Made by a program: the position numbers and the translations under genes
Source: Chrysemys picta bellii
Lineage: Eukaryota
NCBI RefSeq assembly: GCF_011386835.1
Contig: NC_088797.1
Span: 33,790,001 to 33,854,000, forward strand
Length of the DNA stretch: 64,000 bases
Direction of reading: 5' to 3'
The notes under the pieces: model-generated
Told to the model about the DNA's origin: nothing
Seen by the model: only the letters and a program-made list of their open reading frames with translations
Database searches by the model: none
Part shown: piece by piece, positions 11,102 to 22,493 of the stretch
Layout: every line of letters begins with the position of its first letter
Position numbering within the stretch: the stretch's first letter is position 1

Positions 11102-13694
11102 AGCAGCATCCTTGTGCTGCACCAGCTGCTTCTGAAACAGCTCTTGGTGGGGAAAAGGACCAGCATGCCAAGTTTTTCCCCTCAGCATCTGGTACAAACC
11201 ACGCACTTCACCCTCTCTATAAGCAGCTGGAACGTATCTTATCCTGGAGCTGGTGGCATTCCCAACACTGACCTGTCCTAGGAAGAGCTGCCAGCAATTC
11301 CAGCTTCTGACACAGGATTTCACTGTGGGGATTGCATTTTGTTTAAAAATCTCGGTCTAATTTTTTCCATAGAGTAGTGACTGAGAGGATGGTTCTATGG
11401 GCCTGGAAGAAGCTACCACCTTTATGCCCCAGAGCTGTTATTGGGTGTGGACTGGCTGTTCCTGAAGCCAAACTGTACTTGACTCTCACATGTTGTTGCT
11501 CTTTTAGTCTAGCTGCGGGTGAGATAAAAAATTCGGCTGCCCATGGATTGCTGCTTGGCTGAAACTGGCAGTTCGGAGTGAACTGAACCCCTCTAATGAA
11601 AGGAGAGTAATGAATGGAAGTTTCCTTTATTGAGAAGCAGTGTTTCCTCCTATCCTGAGCAAAGCTGGGGATTGGAACTCCCCAAATCATCATCCCTGCT
11701 CTATCCCTGAGCTGCCCAGCAGCTTTGGCCAAGTTGCCTGTGTAGGTAGGGGTTCTAGTAGTAGTGACTCTTCCAGCCAGGGATGTAGTGAATACAGGTT
11801 AGTCTATGTTCTGAAAATGTCCAAGCCCCAGCTTGGAAAAGTGCATGCCTGCAGCCTAAATTAAGGAGCCCCTTCTCATTGTCACAGACCATTCTGCTCC
11901 TGCCTTGTAATTCTTGAGGGCCTTGGCTAATGCCTTCATTTCCAAGGTAGGGTGCTATATGCTGGCAGGAGAGAGGGGTTCTGGCTTAGATGGCAGAAAC
12001 CTAATTTCACCCCCTCTGCTCTGTTGGATGCCCCCTGCGCTCTGGTTCATGAAGCTGGGAATCCAAGGGGGAAGTGGTGAGCAGTGGGTTGGGGACTGGG
12101 CTCAAGGCCTGGGGCACATGATTGGGAGAATGGTCTCTGAGTGGAGGCATGGTGGTCCCCTGCTAGGGAGAGGCACAGGCATGATAACACTGGTCTTCAG
12201 CATTCTAAAGGTTAACTGTTCCTCACCCACTTTCCAGTGCTAAAATACTGATTGCCAAGAGATCAGTATACCTATAGGATCGCCCTGACACTGCCCATGC
12301 CACTCTAGGGCAGCTTGTGGATGAAGTGGATGCAGGCAATGGGAGACAGCTAGAGCTGGGAGCGATTCGAGTGACACTGGAGAGTGCAGAAGACAGTTGA
12401 GGACGCATTTAATGTTTCTGTGCCCCATTTAAGCTCTTCTGCTTTATTTCACCCCCAGGGGAGCAGAAACCAGATGTACTACCAGGCCCAAGTCAGATGA
12501 TGACAACCAGAGTTCTCTCACTCTCAAAACTGGCTACTTGGTTCTCCATCTTAGCATGCAAAGCACCTCCTCTGTGCGATCCAGTCCTTGTTGCAGGTAA
12601 TGCTCCCTGCAGCATAGAGGAGGAAACTATTTTTTGTGAGGGGAAAATAAAGGTATTTTCTTAGAAATGTTTGGGTTGTTCTTGTTAAAGGAGTGTCTGG
12701 AGTAGAGTGGGGAGGCCAGAACCTGCATTTTATGCCTGGCTCTGACAGTGAGTCACTGCACCCGCTTGCTTAATCTTTGCTTGCCCATTTGTAAAATTGA
12801 CTGTCCTCAGAAGCTGGATGCTCATCCATCGAGCTGTATAAATGCAGACTTACTTTCTTGGTGGAGTTTGCACCTAGGCACATCCCACGTGTCCATCTAC
12901 ACCACTCTATGCGGGCCTCATCCTACCCTTGTGTATATATTATTTCCCCTGCCTGTCTCCATGTGGTTACGCCGTAGGAACATAAGAACAGCTACAATAT
13001 ATCAGATGAGAGAATCCCTCTAGCGCAGTATCTTGTCTCTAATAGTGATCACTACAAAAGGAAGGGCCAAGAAATCCTGCCATGAAGGGATAACCTGTCC
13101 TCCTGAGCCATTCTCTCCTGACCTCAAGAGTTAGTGGTTGTTAAATGCCCCGATGCAGGATGGTTTGGATCCCTTCTGGAACTCGTGGAGATTCTCTTTA
13201 GCCATATACTGTCCAACCCCTTTATGAATGCTGCTAAGCTGTTCACCTTGATGATGTCTTGTGGCATTGAGATCCACAGGCTAGGGTGTAGGAATGGCCA
13301 TTGGCTGGGCTGTACGGTGGCCCATGTGTGTACCTGCAGCTGAGCTGAGCGCCCAAGCAGTTGGATAGCCTGATGTGTAAATGTGGAGCTTGCAGCCTGA
13401 TGTGTAAATGTGAGGCGCTCTTATTGCCAGCTATGAGAAATAGGCAGTTATTAAGTGCTACCCACAGGTAGCTTTCCCTGCACTGTGGGATATAGAAGTG
13501 GCGTCTCCCTTACTAATGCCATATGAGAAGGCACCAAGGTGCCTCTGACACAAGGGAACGCTGCAGCCTATCCCCGTCCTTGTGAAGCCAGGGTCCCATC
13601 CAGCTCATTTAGCCAGTGGGAATCTTCGCCAGCAAAGTCAGCTGTGGATGCTGTGTGCTGATTCTCTGCTACAGTGGATGCCTCACTGGGGCAA

Positions 13695-13870
13695 GGCTGC
13701 ATGGCCTAGTGGATAAAGCAGTGGACTGGGACTTGGGAGGTCACTGGCCTGCTGGGTGACATTGGGCAAATCACTTCCTCTCTCTCTGCCTATTTTCCCT
13801 TCTGTAAAATGGGGATAATACTGATCTTTGCAAAGTGCACTGAGCTCTACAGATGAATAGTACTGTGGGA
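13695..13870 (+). mobile_element. MIR/CORE-type SINE
   Basis: GGCCTAGTGGATAAAGCA..GGACT; GTGAC.TTGGGCAAATCACTT; CTGTAAAATGGGGATAATA core. Similar fragments at about 350-520, 10230-10385, 21030-21145, 24820-24935 and 53870-54060. Confidence 0.7.
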
Positions 13871-15168
13871 TTGCTGTAATTAAAGCTGAAGGATGGTCTC
13901 TGTTTTAAGTTGGACAAATTCATATCTGGGGCTGTAATTTTCCAGGCTCAATCTGACCCTACAGGTGACTTTAATAGTTTGCAGCTGATGTGGTTGTGCC
14001 ATTTTGAATAGGGTATGGAGGGGTTAATAGATATTTTCCATAATAAAATATTCTTGCTCCCTATGTTGGAAAAGTCCTCTTCAGCTGACACTGGGCAGGT
14101 GACATTGGGTCTGGGAAGAACCCTCACTGCAGAGCATGATCTTGTGGCGGAGAACATTGGGTTGGAGTGACTTCCAAGTATTCAGGCAGTCTGGTTTTGG
14201 CTGCCTGTGAGGGTTGGTCTACACATGGACACTCTGGAAAGCTGAATTAACTGAAGGAGTGAAGTTAAGGGCATTAAGCCCTGTAGATGCTCTCATTCAG
14301 ATGTGAAGTGGCCTTAGTTTGCTGTAGCTCCATCTTCCTTCAAAGCCATGCTGAGCTGTGGTATCTGGGCTGACTCCCAACTCTTCTTTCTCCAATGAAT
14401 TTCCAGTTCCAATCCCCCCAGCACTGAGGAGATGTGGGTGCCATTTTTATAGCTGTGTTAGGTGGTCCCAGGCCCACTGGGTTAACTGATATGAAGTCCA
14501 GAAATGCCCAGTTGGATCATACAGTCCAACTCCTTGAACTGTATAATGTAGGCTGAAGAATCCCAACAAGCTCATTGCTTGTACCTACCATTACACTGAC
14601 CAAGCTCCTCCTGCCCACTCTGGGCCTTTTAGAGAACGTTGGCCCTTCAGAAAACAAACTCCCTAGGGCGGCTGGGCTTTGCAAAACCTGACTGCTCCCA
14701 TTACAGTCAGCGCGAAAATATCACTGATGTAAGTGGGAGCAGAGTTAGGCCAATGCTGAGTGTTTTGCACCCCATCTCTAGGGGTTTATAGCCCAAAATA
14801 ACTTGGTTTGTTTTCCCTCCCTGCATCATTCCTTCTCCCTATATGTCCCCTACTCCAGTGAATCCTCTCTCTCCCCCCATCCCAGTTCCCATCCCTTCCC
14901 ACATGGTGTTCCATACTTCCTCACAATTTCCTCCCCACCTTCTGATGGAGTGCTCTGTCTCCCCTTCCCTCTTCTGGCTGCTGCATTCCACCTTGAGTGC
15001 TCCAAACACTGGCATCTGCCTCCCTGAGCCCAGCTTTGCTCCCTGGATTTTCTACAAGGATAGGCGTGTGAGTGATGCTGCTCTAAGTTGTGTATGCTGA
15101 GTCCAGAACAGATGCACCAGCCAGTAATGGATCCAGGGAATAATTAACTGCTCTGGCTTTGTAATGTA

Positions 15169-15174
15169 TTTATT
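15169..15174 (-). terminator. Candidate poly(A) signal for CCDC87
   Basis: TTTATT on + (AATAAA on -), about 145 nt past the stop codon. Confidence 0.55.
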
Positions 15175-15317
15175 GCTCTTGTTTGGCACTTCACTCACCC
15201 TCTTCTGATGATTCTCCATCATAGGGTGACTACAGAAGATCCTTACTTTGGCCTGGCAAGATCAGAGAACTGTCCCCATTGAGTCATTTACCCAGATGAT
15301 CCGTTTTCCTTTGCACA

Positions 15318-18059
15318 TTACTGGGATGGGGGAGAGAATCCCGCACTGCTGCCTACCTGAGCCAGTGGAGGTAGCTTCCAAAGCCTCGCCTCTCTCCCCG
15401 TTTCTTTTGCCAGGGCACCAGCACGGCGTTCCTGCTGCAGCCAGTAGAGCATCTCCACTTTGTCCCACCGCATCTTCTCCAAATATGGGCGGCCCTTGAA
15501 AGTCACAGTGTCATGGAACCTCTCCTTGATCTGGGGCAGAATGATGTAGAGGTCAGTGTCGCACTGGGCGATCGCTGCATACAGGCGGCCTCTGGTCCTC
15601 GACTCCCAGGTGCGTGTGGCGAAAGACTCAAGGCTCCTTTCGAAGAAGCGGTTTGGGTCAGAGGCGGTTTGCTCAAACTTCTCCAGCTCTACCAGCAAAA
15701 GCTCCCGTTCCTGGATACTCTTTGCTGCTTTCTCCCAGGCTTTGAGCATAGCTGGCAGCTGAGCATAAGACTGGTTGGAGCTGTACTTAATCGCCATATC
15801 AAGCCTCTCCCTATCAGGGAAATGAAGAACTTCCCAGAGTCTCTCCAGTCGCTTCTGCAGCACTCTGAGGTCTTCAGGCTTACGGTCCTGGTCCTCAAAA
15901 GTCCCAAGCCCGCCAAGCATGATGGTGTTTGTGTTCCACATCCCAGGCATGTACTTCTCTCTCTTTGAGCGGACCTCTGCCACTTTCCGTTTTACCTCTC
16001 TCAGTGCTTCCTCCAACTGTTTCTTTTGGGCTTCATCTATGAAAAGTGGCTCCTCCCCCTCATTGTACAAATGAAATATCACATGCAGGTAATCAGACTC
16101 CTTGGTGGATACATATTTCAGGTAGTCATCGGCGTTGAGGGCAGATTTCCACCACTGATACCAAGTGGTTTTTTGTTTACGGGCAATCACGAGGGGCAAA
16201 CTTGATTGCACTGGTGTAGTGACTTTCTGGGTGCTGAACGGTCCAGTGGGCAGCAGCTTATTCAATTCTGTATTGATTACCTGCTCATTTTTCCTTTTGG
16301 TCAGCGTGGAGGAAGCCAAGCTGTTGGATAAGTCCACGTTCACAGCTGCAGGCTCTATCAAGGGTCCTTGGTCAAATCTCAGATACTCTGTGGGGATGAT
16401 TTTTATCAGTTCCTTGTAAATTTCCCGGATCTCTTCCCCAGCTGAAAGCTTTGCATCCAGGTAACTCACTGTAGCAGTATCAATCTCTCCCAGAAGATCA
16501 TTGTACAAGGGGCCGTATCTCTGAATTGCCACAGAGTCAACAAGTGCTCTGTCGGACACTTGTAGGTCAGCTGCCTTTGCTACCATGCCATGGTGTATTT
16601 GAAGATTCACCGTGGCACCTTGAGGGTGAGTGGGTGGTGCAAAAACTACCATATCTCTCAGCTGTTGCTCAGCCATCTCCTCTTCTTGGAGGCATCTAAG
16701 TGTCTCCTGAAGCTGCTGGAGTTTGGTTACATTGGCTCTGCGTCGTGTCAGTGCTCCAATGATGGGAGGCAGTTCTGCGTCCTCAATCTCATCTCTTCTG
16801 TTACCACTTCTGAGGAGGGAGCCTTGAACTAGCTTGCGAAGGTCCTCGGCTATGGCCATGGACTCTTCAAGATTGCCATCTGTTGCTGACTCAGCATAGT
16901 GACTGGGCACGATCGGTGTGAGGGGGCGAGGGGGAAGATGGATCCCAAGTTCATCTGAGAGGAGTTGCCCGGCTCTCATATTGGGCAATGAATGACTTTT
17001 TTTGGAAATGGAGCCAGCCTCATGCCTGACCCTCTTTGTGACTTCCTGATCTTCTGAAGCAGGGGTACAGGAGCAGGGGGTTCTCACTGCTACACATGGC
17101 AGGTTGGTAAAGCAACTGTCAAAAGTCTCTACATTAGGGATTAAGTGACAGACTCTGCTTAAATCCAGTGGGGGTATCTCCTCGAGTTCTTTGATATCCT
17201 TTGCGATTTTCTGCCTGCAGGTCTGCAGGTGGGGCCTGGTCAGTTTGATGAAGTGAGTCATGGTGAGGCCAAGGCGGCAGCCCACAGTGCTTCTGGCTGA
17301 GTGCCGGCCTCTCTGTGGTGGCCGTTTTCGCTCTGGCCGAACTGGCTTGCTGTCAAGAGAAAAGTGGTTCTGCGGGGTCTTCAGCTCTGCAATGAGATGG
17401 CGCTGGATGGCAGCCATATTGAGGAGACTGGAGCAGTCCAGAGAGAGCTGGGCTGCGAAGCGGGTGAGGTTGGCATAGTCAGTGAAGACAGCCATGCCCC
17501 GGTGGAGCTCCATCAGGCAGAGATAGTGGAAGAAGAGGTGTTCAGAGACAAGTGTGATGTATGCCACCAGATGCTGGTATAGGTCCTTGTTCTGCAAGCT
17601 GAGGAGGGCTGGGTTGGAGAGTGACTGACTGGCATCCTCCCAGGCGAATTTTACTTCTGCCAGGATGATCTCCTTGAAGACCTGTCCTGCCTGGCTGGAG
17701 ATGGGCAACGACTCCCTGCCCAAAGAAAGGCGCCCTTCAATCAACTGGGTCAGAGCAGCTAGGGAAACGGGGATACAGAATGCAGGCACTGGAGTCTTTG
17801 GGGAGCCAGATGGTAGCGTGTGGCTGGTCTCCGGGGTGCTGGGAGGCTCGGCAGAACTAGTCTCCTGTGTACCATGGAGCTGGGGGTTGGGTGGAGCCGG
17901 GGCTAGGGTGGGCTGTGAGGCTCCTGGGGGCCCCTTTGAAGGAGGCTGGAAGAGGGAGAGCGGGGCCAGGATGCCCTGGTAGACCTGGTGCAGCGTCTGG
18001 GTCACTTCCTCCGTCTCCTCCAAGGCATAGCGATCCCAGGAGGAGCCAGCGCGGGGCAT
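15318..18059 (-). CDS. CCDC87: Coiled-coil domain-containing protein 87, single coding exon, 913 aa
   Basis: Uninterrupted 2.7-kb ORF, first ATG at 18059-18057 (the ORF track starts at an upstream GTG). The C-terminus LERLWEVLHFPDRERLDMAIKYSS...KGRPYLEKMRWDKVEMLYWLQQERR matches my recollection of CCDC87. Intronless and head-to-head with CCS, as in mammals. Confidence 0.88.
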   Translation of the reverse strand: MPRAGSSWDRYALEETEEVTQTLHQVYQGILAPLSLFQPPSKGPPGASQPTLAPAPPNPQLHGTQETSSAEPPSTPETSHTLPSGSPKTPVPAFCIPVSLAALTQLIEGRLSLGRESLPISSQAGQVFKEIILAEVKFAWEDASQSLSNPALLSLQNKDLYQHLVAYITLVSEHLFFHYLCLMELHRGMAVFTDYANLTRFAAQLSLDCSSLLNMAAIQRHLIAELKTPQNHFSLDSKPVRPERKRPPQRGRHSARSTVGCRLGLTMTHFIKLTRPHLQTCRQKIAKDIKELEEIPPLDLSRVCHLIPNVETFDSCFTNLPCVAVRTPCSCTPASEDQEVTKRVRHEAGSISKKSHSLPNMRAGQLLSDELGIHLPPRPLTPIVPSHYAESATDGNLEESMAIAEDLRKLVQGSLLRSGNRRDEIEDAELPPIIGALTRRRANVTKLQQLQETLRCLQEEEMAEQQLRDMVVFAPPTHPQGATVNLQIHHGMVAKAADLQVSDRALVDSVAIQRYGPLYNDLLGEIDTATVSYLDAKLSAGEEIREIYKELIKIIPTEYLRFDQGPLIEPAAVNVDLSNSLASSTLTKRKNEQVINTELNKLLPTGPFSTQKVTTPVQSSLPLVIARKQKTTWYQWWKSALNADDYLKYVSTKESDYLHVIFHLYNEGEEPLFIDEAQKKQLEEALREVKRKVAEVRSKREKYMPGMWNTNTIMLGGLGTFEDQDRKPEDLRVLQKRLERLWEVLHFPDRERLDMAIKYSSNQSYAQLPAMLKAWEKAAKSIQERELLLVELEKFEQTASDPNRFFERSLESFATRTWESRTRGRLYAAIAQCDTDLYIILPQIKERFHDTVTFKGRPYLEKMRWDKVEMLYWLQQERRAGALAKETGREARLWKLPPLAQVGSSAGFSPPSQ

Positions 18060-18199
18060 GACGGACACGCCCGCTCAGGGGCCCAGAGAGGATTCTGACC
18101 CTCGGCCTCCCAGCAGCCTCTCGTTCCCGGCTCCCAGACCATGGGGGGAGGCAGGCCCCTGGGCTCACCACAACCCCCAGCCGCTGCGTCCTAATCCCG

Positions 18200-18430
18200 G
18201 GGCTCAGGCCGGCCCTTGCTCGCCACTTCCCGGCTCAGAGCCTGGAGGGCGTCTCAGCAAGCAGAGTTTCCATGGTAACAGCGCACCGGAAATAGCTCGT
18301 GCCTTCCCCGCTAGGCGGCGTCTCAGCTTCCGCCAATCAGGCTGGCGGCCGGAAGTGTCGTTACCGGCGCGTTTCCTGGAAACGAGTCCGGTCCTGGCGG
18401 GCACAGCTGAGGGGCAGACGGGAGCGAGCG
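18200..18430. promoter_or_regulatory. Bidirectional promoter CCDC87/CCS with RFX X-box, ETS/GABP and CCAAT motifs
   Basis: GTTTCCATGGTAAC at 18266-18279; CCGGAAGTG at 18350-18358; CACTTCCGG about 18224; CCAAT about 18332; CpG-rich; the two ATGs are only about 370 bp apart. Confidence 0.8.
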
Positions 18431-18478
18431 ATGGAGGCGACGCCAGGGCCTGGGGAAGCAGGGGGCCCCAGCTGCCGG
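18431..18478 (+). CDS. CCS: Copper chaperone for SOD1, exon 1
   Basis: ATG at 18431, MEATPGPGEAGGPSCR, donor CGG|gtaagg, phase 0. Confidence 0.8.
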
Positions 18479-19220
18479 GTAAGGAGACTCCGCAGTGGGG
18501 GAGCTGGGTTGTGCCTCTAGGAGGCAACGTGCCGGGGCGGGTTCTGTTCCTGGCTCTGCTGCTGCTATTGGGCAAGTCCTCTCCCCTTTGGTACCTGTGT
18601 TTGTTTGCACTGCAAAGCTCTTCCGAGCTTAATCAAAGCTGATCTGGGATCGTCCCACTGCCAGGAGCCCGGGGCACGCCAAACCACATGAGACTCGTGA
18701 TAAGATCTGTCCTCAGAGTTGTCAACGCTTGTAGGTGGGGGAACATAGTGCCCTGTGTGTGTTTTGGGAGGATAGTGAGAGTCACGGGGGCATGCTGGGG
18801 GTGGGGGAGGTACACTTCTTGAGGGTTAAGTCCCCTGTGTATATGCCTGGAGGAGAAAGAAATTGTGTGCCGTGGTGGAGGGAATGAGAGACAGTCTCTT
18901 TCTGGAGGACATATGCCTCTGGGGCAAAGTCCCCTGTGTAAGGAGTAGCAAGGAGAGGGATGAATGGGGCAGAACACAAATATCTTGTGGGTGGACCAAT
19001 GAACATGGGGGGCAAAGTCACCTTATGTATGAGCATGTGTGGCACAATGCAGAATCCCTGCATGGGAGGGATTGAGAGAGGGGAAGTTGCTGGAGATGAG
19101 AAATCCAAACTGCCCAATGTAGGGAGGATTGTACAGTTGTAGGGTATGAGGTGGTTGGTTTAGCTTCCTCTAGGTGGGGGGCAATTCTGGAGAGAACAGG
19201 AAACCCCCCTCTGCTGGCGT

Positions 19221-19400
19221 GAACATGCTGGGTCAGACCAAAGGGAATGAACAGAACAGGTAATCATCAAGTGATCTACCCCCTGCCACCAATTCCCAGC
19301 TTCTGGCAAACAGGCTAGGGATACATCCCTGCCCATCCTGGCTAAGAGCCATTGATGGACCTCTCCTCCATGAACTTACCTAGTTCTTTTTTGAACCATG
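19221..19400 (-). mobile_element. CR1 3' fragment in CCS intron 1
   Basis: Closely matches 45470-45680 (GGAATGAACAGAACAGGTAATCATCAA; CATCCCTGCCCATCCTG; AGCCATTGATGGACCT). Confidence 0.75.
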
Positions 19401-19527
19401 TTCAAGAGAGGTGTTCTAGTTCTGGGCCAGGGGAGGGGTAGGGCTGATGGATGAAGACTGCCAAGGTGGAGAGTTGGGTTGTTTTTCATGACAAACCCTG
19501 TCTCACATGCCTCCTAAAATCAACCAG

Positions 19528-19600
19528 CTGGAGTTCGCAGTGCAGATGAACTGCCAGGAATGCGTGGATGCCGTGCAGGCCTCTCTGCAAGGAGCAACAG
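19528..19600 (+). CDS. CCS: CCS exon 2 (Atx1-like domain, MXCXXC motif)
   Basis: LEFAVQMNCQECVDAVQASLQGAT; caaccag| ... CAG|gtgaga; 73 nt. Confidence 0.93.
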
Positions 19601-19685
19601 GTGAGAGATGCTCCAGCCCTCCCATTCCCCATGACAGCTGGTGTGGGCTCCTGCTGTTTTCACCATACCAGGGCTTTTCCTGCAG

Positions 19686-19823
19686 GGCTCCAGGTGCTGG
19701 ACATTCAGCTGGACTCTCAGACTGTGCTGGTGGAGACCAGCATGAGTGCTGGGAAGGTGAAGGGCCTGCTGGAGAGCACAGGCCGCCGGGCTGTGCTGAA
19801 GGGCATGGGGAGCAGTGAGCCAC
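19686..19823 (+). CDS. CCS: CCS exon 3
   Basis: GLQVLDIQLDSQTVLVETSMSAGKVKGLLESTGRRAVLKGMGS; ttttcctgcag| ... CAC|gtgagt; 138 nt. Confidence 0.93.
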
Positions 19824-20269
19824 GTGAGTATGGAGTCCCTGGGTCATAGCCTGAAAGGAACAGGAGGTAGCATGGGGTAGCGGCTAGGCGTTCCAGTCTA
19901 TTGCTGTGGGTTCTATTCCTGGTTCTGCTGCTGGGCAAATCCCTTCACCTCTCGGCATTGTGTTTGGCTCTTTATGCTATGAGCTCTTCAAAGCAGGGGC
20001 TGCTTCACGCTGTGTGTCTATGGTGCACCTGAAACGGGGGGGAGGGCATGTGGTGTCTGGTATGTCGGGGGCCCCGATGTAAGATGGGTGCCTCTATATG
20101 ATCTATCTGTGTAAGGTAGTTTTATTATCCTCATCACTGTAGTATTTGGGTGCTTCACAGTCTTTACTGTATCTACCCTCACAGCTTCCCTGGGAGGCAG
20201 GGCAGTGCTATTAGCCTCTCTGTGTCTCAGTTTCCCGATAAGGGACTTGCCCACTGTCAAACAGGGAAA

Positions 20270-20419
20270 CTGGAAAAAGAATAGGAGTACTTGTGGCACC
20301 CTAGAGACTAACAAATTTATTTGAGCATAAGCTTTTTTTTGCTCAAATACGTTTGTTAGTCTCTAAGGTGCCACAAGTACTCTTGTTCTTTTTGCGGATA
20401 CAGACTAACACAGCTGCTC
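20270..20419. mobile_element. Head-to-head inverted fragments of a Penelope-like terminal repeat, inserted in a SINE
   Basis: GAGTACTTGTGGCACC(C/T)TAGAGACTAACAAA is present in both orientations, and the same sequence occurs singly at 43085-43171; CAGGGAAA lies on both sides. Family assignment from recollection only. Confidence 0.6.
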
Positions 20420-20727
20420 CAGGGAAATTGGGTCAGAGCAAGGACTTGAACCTGGATCTCCCAAATCCTAGGCTAGTGCCCTAGCCCCTGGGCCATACCA
20501 TAATACACAGAACGGTCCTCAGTTCCATTGTGCTGAGTGGCCAATATCTTCCCCTTCCCTAAACAGCCTGTGCTGTGATTCATCCTCTCAGCTGCTCCTC
20601 AGGGAGTTCTTGGACACTGGTGCTGCTATGCTGTCTGGCAGCAGGAGCTCCCCTACATCTTGGTTGGGGAGGGGAATGCGGGCGGCTGTGACTGTCTGTG
20701 TCCACCTGACTTTGCCCTCCCTTTTAG

Positions 20728-20905
20728 AGAACCTCGGTGCAGCTGTGGCCATGATGTCAGGCCCCAGCCTCGTCCAAGGGGTGGTGAGATTCCTGCAGGT
20801 CTCCCCAGAGAAGTGTCTCATTGAAGGGACCATTGATGGTCTGGAGCCAGGGTTGCATGGGCTGCACGTCCATGAATTTGGGGATGTCACAAACTCCTGT
20901 GACAG
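20728..20905 (+). CDS. CCS: CCS exon 4 (start of SOD-like domain)
   Basis: NLGAAVAMM..VQGVVRFLQ..CLIEGTIDGLEPGLHGLHVHEFGD; cttttag| ... CAG|gtaaga; 178 nt. Confidence 0.95.
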
Positions 20906-21433
20906 GTAAGAGACCTCTCCCCTGCAGGGAGGTGTTGCTGTCCAGTGTAGCAAGCTGGGGTTTGCAAAGGTACTTAAAGGAAATGAGTGCCTCCCAACTT
21001 AATGGCATTTAGTGTCAAGATTCCCATTTAACAGATGGGGAAACTGAGGCATTGAGAGACAAAGGGAGGGACCTTCCTAAGGTCAGTGGCAGAGCCTGTA
21101 ATAGAACCCAGGGCTCCCAGCCCAGTGCCCTCTCCATTAGGCCCTCCATTTTTCAGCAACTGTGAAGAGTGCATCTGATGACACTAGTTCAGTGAGATTG
21201 GCCTGTGTCTGGGGGAGGCACGTAGATAGTCACAGCAAGAGGACACGAGCTGTTAGGGGGGTGAGGCTGTTTCCCTGTTCAGCTCCTTCCCCTTTGGCCA
21301 GTGCACGTTCCAACCCTATGTTGAAATGTAGAGTAGAGCAGGTAGCCGGCCAGATCTCTCTGGAGGCTGTGGTGTGAGGCCTCTGCACTAGGTCATCCTG
21401 GCTTCCTTTTTTGTTTTGTTTTTCCCCAAACAG

Positions 21434-21494
21434 TTGTGGAGACCATTTCAACCCAGACGGGAAGCATCACGGGGGCCCGCAGGATGCACACAGG
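21434..21494 (+). CDS. CCS: CCS exon 5
   Basis: CGDHFNPDGKHHGGPQDAHR; ttttccccaaacag| ... AGG|gtgagt; 61 nt. Confidence 0.95.
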
Positions 21495-22415
21495 GTGAGT
21501 TCTGGTCATGTTTATGCATTCTGCCCTCACGGTCAGGGCTGGCCCCAGTGCCCTTTGGTGATGCTAGCGGGCGCAGTGCTGCAGGGAGAGGAGTGAGTGC
21601 CTCTGGGGAGGGTGCTCTCCTCTCAGTCAATGCTCACCCCAGTGTGATGGAAGGGGTGGCTTGCTGTGCTGCATGGAGCTGGGGACTCAGTAGGGCACTC
21701 TCCTCTTAGTCGTTCTGCGGGTGACTGGGGGAGAGTGGGTGACTTGATAGGGGATGCTCTTCTTTGGCAGTCAGTGCTGACCCCAGTGTGGTACTGAGGA
21801 GGCACGGGGGTTGACTCAATAGAGGGTAAGCCAGAATGAAACAGTCAATCATCTGTCCAGAGACAGCAAAGACTTCAAACATTGTAGTTCTCCAAGAAAA
21901 GGCACCTTTCCCAGTCCTCAGGCTGCCACATTCCTGCCTCTGCTGCTCTTGGGGACCTCTGAGCAATGGTTTCCATTTGCATGCCCACATTAGTTGGCTC
22001 TCACTTTGCCATGTGGGGCCAGATACAGCTTGGCTTTGAAACAAACTAAACTGAAATACTTGTCCAACACAGCCTGATCACAGCCCACAGAGTTGTTATT
22101 CACCCCCTTGGAAAATACCAATTGTTGTTTTCTTTGAAATTTTGGAAAACAAAATTTCCCCCCAAAATCTTTCCATAAAACCGTAAACAATTTTGGTTTT
22201 CAAAAACTGTTTTTGGTTAAACATAAGGTTTTGGGGCCATTTCTTTGTCAGAATTCCAGAAATTTTCAACCCAAATATTGGTTTTGGTTGAAAAGCTAGG
22301 TTTTCTTCAGCCAGAAAAGAATTTGAGTGAAGAAAATTCGCTCTGCTCTTGCTGTGTTTGTGGTTCGAGTCAAAGTTCCCAGGGTCTGACTGTGTGGGTG
22401 GATGCTCTGTTCCAG

Positions 22416-22493
22416 CATCTCGGAGACCTTGGCAACGTGCTGGCTGGCAGCAATGGAAGAGCAGACTTCCGGATGGAGGACACCCGGCTAAAG
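22416..22493 (+). CDS. CCS: CCS exon 6
   Basis: HLGDLGNVLAGSNGRADFRMEDTRLK; ctgttccag| ... AAG|gtgagg; 78 nt. Confidence 0.95.

Noticed and set aside
13367-13412. 19-bp direct repeat AGCCTGATGTGTAAATGTG at 27-bp period
   Set aside because: Only two copies; an ordinary local slippage with no functional context.
20270-20419. Hammerhead ribozyme in the Penelope-like fragments (also 43085-43171)
   Set aside because: Penelope repeats can carry hammerheads, but I see no CUGANGA...GAAA core in these truncated pieces.
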